Below the pieces are notes generated by a model that saw nothing but the letters and a program-made list of their open reading frames with translations, was not told the DNA's origin and made no database searches. This document shows positions 23,458 to 30,270 of a DNA stretch of 37,917 bases, piece after piece. Position 1 is the stretch's first letter, and each line of letters starts with the position of its first letter. The stretch comes from a virus. A program made the position numbers and the translations under genes. The stretch lies in IMG/VR virus record IMGVR_UViG_2648501563_000006, positions 1 through 37,917 of that record; one strand, written 5' to 3'.

Positions 23458-26400
23458 AAACGAGTTGCGCTGAATAAATCTTCGATAATTGACTTGGAAC
23501 TCCTCGCTGCTTAGCAGACGGAAGACAAGGCGCAAGCAGGGAAACCGTGCAGCGTGAACGACCAAATTCGAAGACCTAGAAATAGGATGCGATGGCCTGA
23601 ACATTATGGAAACATAATGAGGAAGAGCGAAATATCTTCCCGCCTCTTAATGAGGTCAAAAAAGTAACAGTATGGACATAATTGATGCCCAAATGGCGTT
23701 TTTCGGAACAGGTGAAGAAGTTTACTCGTATTTATTAGCTGCATAATTAACTTGATCTTTATATATAACCCATGTTAAAATCCTTGGAAAAAGGAGGATA
23801 ATATGGAAAGAAGTAAGGAAGAATTAATGTACTCATACGCTGCTGGAGCAATCGATGGAGATGGAGCAATTTATCTTGTTAAGGAAATTAGGTTATATAT
23901 TCCTTTTGTCCAGCTTGCAAAAAAATTTGGCATTTTAATTTCATCATTTAAAAATGATTTTGGTGGAATAGTGGGATCTATCAAACCTAGATTACCTCAC
24001 CATGCGCCATTACATTATTGGAGATTGAAAGGAGCTGAAAACTGTAAAGAATTCCTTGGGAATGTTTCACAATTTTTGGTTTACAAAAAAGAAAGGGCAG
24101 AAATTTTATTAGATTACATTGATAAAAATCCATTTGTAAGAGGAAAAACTCTAACTCAAGATCAGATGATTGAGAGAGAAAAGTATCATGTGAAAATAGC
24201 GTCATTGAATGATGAAGCTTATCTTCAAAATATTTCAATGGTTTCAAAAACATATGTTAACAACGAAGATCCAGCTTTTTGGGCATATGTCGCTGGCATA
24301 ATGGATACTGACGGATCTTTTTCTGTAAAGAGACAGAAAGGACATTCCGAAACAAAAAATCTTAGGTATATCCCCTGTATTCAAATATCAATGGCTTCTT
24401 TGGATGTAATAAATCACATAAGAAGGAATTGTGTTTATGGAACCGTGTGCGTAGTAAAAAACAAAAGTTGCTCACGTGGTTTTCATTATGCATGGAGTAT
24501 AGGTAAGAAACAGGATTCATCGGAATTTATAGAAAAAATACTTCCTTATTTAAAAGAAAAAAAAGAACAAGCTTCGATTGTCTTAGAGTTTTGCAAAAAT
24601 AGTGAAAATACTAAATATTGCAAAGCAGGAATTCCTAAAGAAGAATTGGAATTTAGAGAATCGTGTTATCAAAGAATTGTGGCTTTAAATAAAAGTGGCA
24701 GCCTGTTGTGTGATTCTCAATAAGGTTAGAGAACACATAAAACTTGGCTATATGCTGGAAACTCCTAAAACTATCGGTACCAAAGTGTGAAAATCTGATA
24801 GATGTAACAATGGACAATCAGCAGGGAAGGCTCGAAAGAGAACCCTCAACGACTACACGCCAAGGGCTCTGTAACCGCAGAAGTCAAGATATAGTCTGAA
24901 CAATGGTGAGAGCCATTGAGAGAGGAATAACAAGACTCTCCGCCATTTATAAATGGTCATAAAAGTAACAGATAGTGCATTATAAATGAACAAGTGATCC
25001 TTCAAGATCAAGAGGGGGTCCTAGCATGGGTCTCCGAACGTCTGGCCGTTTCGATGAGACAAGCCGAGGATTGAGATTAAGTCCTCGATAAACCTTTGGT
25101 AATTGACTTGGAAGGCTAAGGTAAATGAAAACAGAAATGGCAATGTTACCAAACGGTAACTATGAACAAATAATAAGTCCTATTCAGCATGCATGTATTT
25201 TTGAAAATTGGTGTTGTGTTGAATATAGATGGAAAAAAGGAAAACTTCTTCTTAAAATAGAAGATGGAGATCCTTACGAAGATGGTTATAGTTCTGAAGT
25301 GAATGTAAAATATTGTCCATTTTGTGGTTATAAACCAGAATGATTTTACTATGCCGACAAGGCGCAAGCAATGTAAAGCTGTTTTACATGTGCAGCGTGA
25401 GAGACTAAACCCAGAGGCCCGAAAGGGATGCGATAGTCCGAACATTCCAACGAAAGGGAATGAGTCTAGCAGAAATGACTAGACCATGTCGAAAGACAGG
25501 GTAACAGATTGTTAATTTTGCGCGATTACATTGTTTCAGCAGCCTCTACGTTAAATGCAGGTGGCGGCTCCAACGGTAGAATTGTTGCCGTTGTAAAATC
25601 AGACCTGATTGAGGTGGAACTCCTCGCTGCGTAAGCAGACGGACAACACTGCGGAACCCGAAAGGGACCGTAAACGAGTAAGGCGGTCAGACACTCGAAA
25701 GAGTGAAGCGGTACTCTAAACTCTATGGAGACATAGAGAGGTGGCAGAAATGATCACCCGCCTAGAAATAGGTCACAAAAGTAATAGAATGGATAACCCT
25801 ACTAATCTAGGTGTGAGCGACTTTTCATTAGTTGCAACCACTCTAGATACGAACAATAAAATGAGTGTTGTTCTAAAACCTTCTCTGATTGACTTGGAGT
25901 GCCTGGCTGCTTAAGCAGAGGTTAACAAGGCGGAAGGCGTAAGCCACCGTGAGAGACTAAGTGAGAGGGACGCGAAAGCGTATGCGATAGTCCGAACCAT
26001 GACTATATATAAAATCATGGAAGTTAGCAGAAATGACTAACTCGCTCGAAAGAGTGGTAACAGAATGGCTTATAAATTTATGAGCGGTATAGAAGGGATG
26101 GATAGATTTGGTACAGGCCCTGTACGTTCTGCATATTTTATGCTTACGTCAACTGAACTACAAAGTGACTTTGATTCTTTGGTAGGTCAAGGTTTCTTAA
26201 GCCAGTGGAACTATCCGACGCCAAATGCATCTGCACTGCCTTCTGAGTATGGATCTGTGTTTAACATCAGAATCCTGACAAGCTCTGAAGCTCCAGTTGC
26301 ACGTGGAACAAGTGCTAATGGTCAAGATGTCTATTACAGTACTGTATTAGGCAAACAAGCCATTACACATATTAACCAAGATGGTTATTCAATGAATTTG

Positions 26401-26541
26401 ATATATAGAGACCCATACTACAGTGGTATGTTGGCCCAAAACGCTACTCTTGCAGTTAAGTTTGCGCAAGCGCAGGCTATTACGCAAGATACAGCCATTA
26501 GAAACATTCTAAGTACCAGACTTTCGTCTGTAAACTATTAA
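23227..26541 (+). CDS. major capsid protein gene, split: join(23227..23457, 23675..23713, 24976..25071, 25512..25577, 25792..25857, 26068..26541), 323 codons
   Basis: The conceptual splice gives ...AQVPQR|DIIDAQMAFFGTG|CIINEQVILQDQEGVLAWVSERLAVSMRQAED|LILRDYIVSAASTLNAGGGSNG|DNPTNLGVSDFSLVATTLDTNN|AYKFMSGIEGMDRFGTGPV.... It reads like an HK97-fold capsid protein (N4 gp56-like by recollection). Placed after portal and scaffold. Confidence 0.8.
23458..23674 (+). mobile_element. group I intron I-1 (217 nt, no ORF)
   Basis: P1 is CAGCGU (23452-57) with GCGCUG (23467-72) and a U:G wobble at the cleavage site. GNRA-capped hairpins. P7-like GACCA (23560-64) / UGGCC (23593-97), with one mismatch. Ends gtaacagtatG. 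Confidence 0.8.
23675..23713 (+). CDS. capsid exon 2 (13 codons)
   Basis: DIIDAQMAFFGTG, in frame between I-1 and I-2. Confidence 0.65.
23714..24975 (+). mobile_element. group I intron I-2 (1262 nt) carrying a LAGLIDADG ORF; 5' boundary tentative
   Basis: The core lies after the ORF: a CTC-GAAA-GAG hairpin, then CAACGACUACACG (P7 5' strand, 24851-55) and AAGAUAUAGUCUGAAC (P7 3' strand, 24892-96). The three 3' hairpins and the gtaacagataG end are shared with the other introns. The 3' exon cannot extend upstream of 24976 because of a TAG. Confidence 0.7.
23803..24723 (+). CDS. double-motif LAGLIDADG homing endonuclease (306 aa), intron-encoded
   Basis: aaggagg SD. Motifs YAAGAIDGDGAIYL and YVAGIMDTDGSFSV. 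Confidence 0.9.
   Translation: MERSKEELMYSYAAGAIDGDGAIYLVKEIRLYIPFVQLAKKFGILISSFKNDFGGIVGSIKPRLPHHAPLHYWRLKGAENCKEFLGNVSQFLVYKKERAEILLDYIDKNPFVRGKTLTQDQMIEREKYHVKIASLNDEAYLQNISMVSKTYVNNEDPAFWAYVAGIMDTDGSFSVKRQKGHSETKNLRYIPCIQISMASLDVINHIRRNCVYGTVCVVKNKSCSRGFHYAWSIGKKQDSSEFIEKILPYLKEKKEQASIVLEFCKNSENTKYCKAGIPKEELEFRESCYQRIVALNKSGSLLCDSQ
24976..25071 (+). CDS. capsid exon 3 (32 codons)
   Basis: CIINEQVILQDQEGVLAWVSERLAVSMRQAED. Stops occur in all frames just upstream, and the frame ends in TGA just past the splice site. Confidence 0.75.
25072..25511 (+). mobile_element. group I intron I-3 (440 nt) carrying a 72-codon ORF in a hairpin loop
   Basis: P1 is CGAGGAU (25065-71) with GUCCUCG (25081-87). 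P7 is GACUA (25403-07) / UAGUC (25434-38). P8 is CCC-GAAA-GGG. Ends gtaacagattG. Confidence 0.8.
25125..25343 (+). CDS. intron-encoded 72-aa Cys-rich protein of unknown family
   Basis: taaggtaa precedes the ATG. Ends ...VKYCPFCGYKPE (zinc-ribbon-like CxxC), with additional Cys/His upstream. No GIY-YIG, HNH or LAGLIDADG motif seen. Confidence 0.5.
   Translation: MKTEMAMLPNGNYEQIISPIQHACIFENWCCVEYRWKKGKLLLKIEDGDPYEDGYSSEVNVKYCPFCGYKPE
25512..25577 (+). CDS. capsid exon 4 (22 codons)
   Basis: LILRDYIVSAASTLNAGGGSNG; the only open frame here. Confidence 0.75.
25578..25791 (+). mobile_element. group I intron I-4 (214 nt, no ORF)
   Basis: P1 is CAACGGU (25571-77) with GCCGUUG (25587-93). Hairpins CGG-AA-CCC-GAAA-GGG-A-CCG and CACUC-GAAA-GAGUG. 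P7 is GAGUA/UACUC, compensatory relative to GACUA/UAGUC in the other copies. Ends gtaatagaatG. Confidence 0.8.
25792..25857 (+). CDS. capsid exon 5 (22 codons)
   Basis: DNPTNLGVSDFSLVATTLDTNN; the only open frame here. Confidence 0.75.
25858..26067 (+). mobile_element. group I intron I-5 (210 nt, no ORF)
   Basis: P1 is GAACAAU (25851-57) with GUUGUUC (25867-73). Hairpins CGG-AA-GGC-GUAA-GCC-A-CCG and ACGC-GAAA-GCGU. Core strands GAGAGACUAAG and GCGAUAGUCCGAAC. Ends gtaacagaatG. Confidence 0.8.
26068..26541 (+). CDS. capsid exon 6 (157 codons plus stop)
   Basis: AYKFMSGIEGMDRFGTGPVRSAYFML...GSVFNIRILTSSEAPV...VYYSTVLGKQA.... The track ORF start 26065 (ATG) is the last 3 nt of intron I-5 in my model. 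Confidence 0.8.
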   Translation, partial: AYKFMSGIEGMDRFGTGPVRSAYFMLTSTELQSDFDSLVGQGFLSQWNYPTPNASALPSEYGSVFNIRILTSSEAPVARGTSANGQDVYYSTVLGKQAITHINQDGYSMNLIYRDPYYSGMLAQNATLAVKFAQAQAITQDTAIRNILSTRLSSVNY

Positions 26542-26552
26542 GGAGGTTTATT

Positions 26553-27671
26553 ATGGCTGAATATTCTCGCTTAATGAGCGGAAGCGTTTTGTCTAATGGT
26601 GGACAAACAGCAGTGATATGCCCTTCAATACCTAACTATATCGAAATTACCAATACGACTGAGATCACAGCTAATAGCGGTGGTGTTACTCGTGCTTGGT
26701 GGATGACCGATATGGGACAAAGTGCTGCAGCCTATATTACTACTACATCGGGTACAGATGCATCTTTGTATACAACAACCAACGGTTTTACTACTATTCA
26801 AGCAGCTTTGGCGCTTCAATATGGTGCAACCGTATTTTTGGGTGCTTCTGGTGTGGTGGCAAAAACATCGCATACAGTAATTACTGTAACCACGACAGCA
26901 GCTCATGGTTTAGTAACAGGTAACTGGATTCAATTCCAAAACCTTTACCAAACATCATCTACAGGTATGCAGCAAATTGCCGGATTGCCTTTTATGGTGA
27001 CGGTAACAGATAGTACTCATTTTACTGTATATTGGGATGGTAACGAATCCAATTATACCGCATTGAGTTCCGGTGGTTTGAATACCAATGCGAGCTTTAA
27101 GCAAATACTTTATCCAGTGCTCTATGCACCAGGTAATGCTTATATTGCAGCTGTATCTACAACTACAGGTGTAACTACTGTGACAACTACTGCTCCGCAT
27201 AATTTTAAAGTAGGGCAAGAGATTGGTTTTAGAATTCCTTCAGTATGGGGACCTTCTCAATTGAATGAATTACCTGATAACACAATCCCAGGAAGTCCAC
27301 AGTATTTCTATGTAGCGACTGTGCCAACAAGCACGACATTCACATTCTTGAATGCTCCTGCTTATACTGCGTTTACATCTAATCAGACTTTTGCAAGCTT
27401 TGTGGGCTTAAAATTCCCTCAAGTTTTTGCAACCGGCGATGTAAACAGTGGTGGCTATCCTTACACAGGTTATGCATTGTATCCTTCACCAACCGTATTT
27501 AATGGTTACACTTCCAGCACAACTGTTGGTGTGAGCACTATTAATGGTCCCGGTATCCAAGGGGGATATATTAATGCTACTTGGCAGGGATTTGTGATAG
27601 GTTCAACCATTGCGGGTAGTGCAAATGACCAGATATACTGGCGCGCTTATACCCATGATTTGAATACGTAA
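26553..27671 (+). CDS. virion structural protein (372 aa); capsid decoration or head-fibre candidate
   Basis: taaggagg SD. Sits directly after the capsid gene. Two copies of the module TAAHGLVTGNWIQF... / TAPHNFKVGQEIGF.... Confidence 0.55.
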   Translation: MAEYSRLMSGSVLSNGGQTAVICPSIPNYIEITNTTEITANSGGVTRAWWMTDMGQSAAAYITTTSGTDASLYTTTNGFTTIQAALALQYGATVFLGASGVVAKTSHTVITVTTTAAHGLVTGNWIQFQNLYQTSSTGMQQIAGLPFMVTVTDSTHFTVYWDGNESNYTALSSGGLNTNASFKQILYPVLYAPGNAYIAAVSTTTGVTTVTTTAPHNFKVGQEIGFRIPSVWGPSQLNELPDNTIPGSPQYFYVATVPTSTTFTFLNAPAYTAFTSNQTFASFVGLKFPQVFATGDVNSGGYPYTGYALYPSPTVFNGYTSSTTVGVSTINGPGIQGGYINATWQGFVIGSTIAGSANDQIYWRAYTHDLNT

Positions 27672-27700
27672 TATATATTATTTATTGAATATAATATTTT

Positions 27701-27731
27701 GGCGCTTTCCTTAAAAAAGAAGGCGCCTTAA
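27701..27731 (+). terminator. terminator-like hairpin
   Basis: GGCGCTTTC-cttaaaaaa-GAAGGCGCC followed by ttaatt. Confidence 0.45.
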
Positions 27732-27831
27732 TTCAAGAAAAAACTAACAATCTTAGTTGTAATAATATTTTGAATATTGCATCTTAGGGACGGGACAAAA
27801 TGTCCCCACCCTTGTGTAATAGAGGTATAAT

Positions 27832-28257
27832 ATGGCAACACCCTACCCATTCCCTGGACCTGTTCCACCTTATACTAATCTGCCTATTGAGTCTCAATAC
27901 TATAATCCAAGCCAGTTTTTCATATCAAATGTTACATTAGGAACAACCACAACCGTAACCACGACTGAGAACATGAATTATGTCATCGGTCAATTAGTTC
28001 GATTAATTATTCCTCCGATGTTTGGATGTAGACAGTTAAATGAACAACTAGCATATGTGATTTCGATTCCAAGTGCGAATCAAGTGACATTACAATTAGA
28101 TTCTTCAAGAAATGTAAATCAATTTACATCATCATCAAATCCAACACAACCGCAGATATTGGCTGTAGGGGATATAAATCAAGGAATAATCAATAGTACA
28201 GGAAGAGTAATGCTATCTACAACTATTCCGGGAAGCTTTATAAACGTATCACCATAG
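27832..28257 (+). CDS. virion structural protein (141 aa) carrying the same beta-module
   Basis: TVTTTENMNYVIGQLVRLIIPP.FGCRQLNEQLAYVISIPSANQVTLQLD. Confidence 0.5.
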   Translation: MATPYPFPGPVPPYTNLPIESQYYNPSQFFISNVTLGTTTTVTTTENMNYVIGQLVRLIIPPMFGCRQLNEQLAYVISIPSANQVTLQLDSSRNVNQFTSSSNPTQPQILAVGDINQGIINSTGRVMLSTTIPGSFINVSP

Positions 28258-28264
28258 GTAAAAC

Positions 28265-28846
28265 ATGAACGAAATCAAGAAACATAAAAGTACATCAGAA
28301 AAAGAACTTGATAACATGCAAAAACAATTCGATAATTTCGATTCTCAAGTGAAAGAAATGACACAAGACAGAATGAATGCAGCGCCAACAAAAGAAGTTG
28401 AACCTCAGACTAAGCTATCTCAATCTGAAATAGAAAAATCTAAAGACATATATCTGAAGCCTAAAAGAACCATCTCGAGCAAAGAAAGATTTAATGAAAA
28501 ATTTAGAGATGAATATAATTTTAGCAAAGAATATGTTCGATTTACAGCTGAAAATAAAGAGATTATAGGCGAAACGATAGAAATGTGGTCTAAACCATAT
28601 CCTGGTCTCCCTGCTGAAGAATGGGCGATACCCACAAATAAACCTGTCTGGGCACCTCGATATGTTGCAGAACAGATAAAAAGAGCAAAATATCATCGAT
28701 TAACGATGCAACAACATGTATCATCCGGAACTGACGGGATGGGACAATATTATGGTGCAATGGCTGTTGATACAACTGTGCAGAGACTGGATGCATTACC
28801 AATCAGCAATCATAAATCTATATTTATGGGTGCGAGTAATTTTTAG
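28265..28846 (+). CDS. hypothetical structural-module protein (193 aa)
   Basis: ORF track; position. Confidence 0.5.
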   Translation: MNEIKKHKSTSEKELDNMQKQFDNFDSQVKEMTQDRMNAAPTKEVEPQTKLSQSEIEKSKDIYLKPKRTISSKERFNEKFRDEYNFSKEYVRFTAENKEIIGETIEMWSKPYPGLPAEEWAIPTNKPVWAPRYVAEQIKRAKYHRLTMQQHVSSGTDGMGQYYGAMAVDTTVQRLDALPISNHKSIFMGASNF

Positions 28847-28856
28847 AAAAGATCGA

Positions 28857-28875
28857 ATGTAAAACGGCTTTACAT
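28857..28875 (+). promoter_or_regulatory. conserved hairpin ATGTAAA-acggc-TTTACAT, copy 2
   Basis: Exact 19-nt repeat of 22858-22876. Again lies between a stop codon and the next start. Confidence 0.5.
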
Positions 28876-28897
28876 TCATAAAATTAAAGGAAAAATA

Positions 28898-29083
28898 ATG
28901 GCTAAAGAAAAATGGATACAAGACATTAATATGAAGAAAGGCGCTTTACATAAAGCTCTACATGTTAAGGAAGGCGAAAAAATTCCTGAGGCCAAATTAA
29001 AAAAGGCAGAGCATAGCAAAAATCCAAAAACAGCAAAAAAAGCGAATTTGGCAGAAACTCTTAAAAAAATGCATAAAAAATGA
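28898..29083 (+). CDS. small Lys-rich protein (61 aa)
   Basis: aaagga upstream. KKGALHKALHVKEGEKIPEAKLKKAEHSKNPKTAKKA. Confidence 0.5.
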   Translation: MAKEKWIQDINMKKGALHKALHVKEGEKIPEAKLKKAEHSKNPKTAKKANLAETLKKMHKK

Positions 29084-30270
29084 ATTTACTTAGCGATATC
29101 ATCACATATATTCGTAGGATTATAAAAAGCCCTTCTAATACTGCTATAACAGATAATTTGTTATTGGACTATATTAATCGATTTTGGATTTTGGATGTAG
29201 ATGCTCGAATACAATTATTCGATTTAAAGACTACATATCAATTTCTAACACAACCTGGTGTAGATCGATATAATATGCCTTTATACAATATTCAGACAGA
29301 ACAGGGATCGCAAAATATATCTTTTTACCCCGTTTATCAGGGATTTTTGAGTCCTGCTTATATAAATGGAATACAAGCGCCATTACAAACGCAGGACAAT
29401 TCGTTTTTTAATATTTGGCCTAATATTACTCAACAAGCAAATGTGATAGGTGTGGGAGATGGCATCAATTCTAACTACACCTTAACATTTCCTATAGCAC
29501 CGGATAACTCTAATCCTGTCACGACACCTGTTTCTTATCTTTTAAGAGGGCATGTGGATATATCAGGTATCATCGCCACAAATCAAAATATAGATCCGCC
29601 TGTGGGTAATACATTGAATATGTCAATACCACAAAGTAGTATCAGCCCAGCTATTTATTTTAGCACCACGGATAGTACAGGTGCTAATATGACGGTACAA
29701 GATTCGGGACAGTTCTTAATGGGTAATGTAAATTATGGACTGTTAATGGTGCCAGGGACCAATCCATTTGGTTATTCCGCATTAAGTGGTGGCTATTCTA
29801 CAACTATCAACACTATTAATTATTATACTGGCGTAGCTAACGTGACATTTCCTTCGGTTGTACCTAAAGGTCAAAATATAAATGGGAACGCTTTTTTCTT
29901 TCAAACGGGATTACCACGAGCGATGCTGTATTATAATAACGTAATCACTCTCAGAAGCCCTCCAGATCAGCAATATCTTGTACAAATTGACGCATACTTA
30001 AGTCCTGCGGCATTTTTAAATTCATCATCAGCATTACAATTTGCTTATATGAGTGAATATATTGCACGAGGAGCAGCGAGGAAAATACTTTCAGATACAG
30101 GTGACGTAGAACAATTTATGTTTTATGAACCTATTTTTAGAGAGCAAGAAATCTTGGTGTGGAAACGTAGTCAAAGACAATTTACTCAAGATAGAACACA
30201 GACTATATATAGCCAAGGTATCAACCAAGGTCAATCAGGGTTTAACAATATTGGAGGTTCTACAATATGA
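29080..30270 (+). CDS. tail/adaptor structural protein (396 aa)
   Basis: ATGA coupling. Position analogous to a podovirus tail tubular/adaptor protein. Family not verified. Confidence 0.5.
   Translation: MNLLSDIITYIRRIIKSPSNTAITDNLLLDYINRFWILDVDARIQLFDLKTTYQFLTQPGVDRYNMPLYNIQTEQGSQNISFYPVYQGFLSPAYINGIQAPLQTQDNSFFNIWPNITQQANVIGVGDGINSNYTLTFPIAPDNSNPVTTPVSYLLRGHVDISGIIATNQNIDPPVGNTLNMSIPQSSISPAIYFSTTDSTGANMTVQDSGQFLMGNVNYGLLMVPGTNPFGYSALSGGYSTTINTINYYTGVANVTFPSVVPKGQNINGNAFFFQTGLPRAMLYYNNVITLRSPPDQQYLVQIDAYLSPAAFLNSSSALQFAYMSEYIARGAARKILSDTGDVEQFMFYEPIFREQEILVWKRSQRQFTQDRTQTIYSQGINQGQSGFNNIGGSTI

Noticed and set aside
23392-25445. The - strand ORFs 23392..23604, 23987..24253 and 25146..25445.
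   Set aside because: They are antisense to intron RNA or to the LAGLIDADG and 72-aa ORFs. They have no SD and low-complexity translations.
23458-25921. In-frame read-through peptides at the starts of I-1, I-4 and I-5 (KRVALNKSSIIDLELLAA*, RIVAVVKSDLIEVELLAA*, KMSVVLKPSLIDLECLAA*). They looked like alternative capsid exon cassettes.
   Set aside because: The same conserved nucleotides in I-3 are interrupted at once by TGA and TAA. The similarity follows from conserved intron RNA (guide, joiner and AUUGACUUGGA box) lying in the same phase. The stop codon falls in a conserved hairpin loop.
23671-26067. Model in which introns end at ...GTAACAG and the downstream pieces start with their own ATG/TTG (separately translated capsid fragments, or a 3' splice site at CAG).
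   Set aside because: With cleavage after the P1 U, a CAG| 3' site shifts the frame into immediate stops. The apparent ATG/TTG start codons are explained by a conserved intron end (A/T)(A/T)(T/A)G. Its last G is the canonical terminal G, and this model keeps all junctions in frame.
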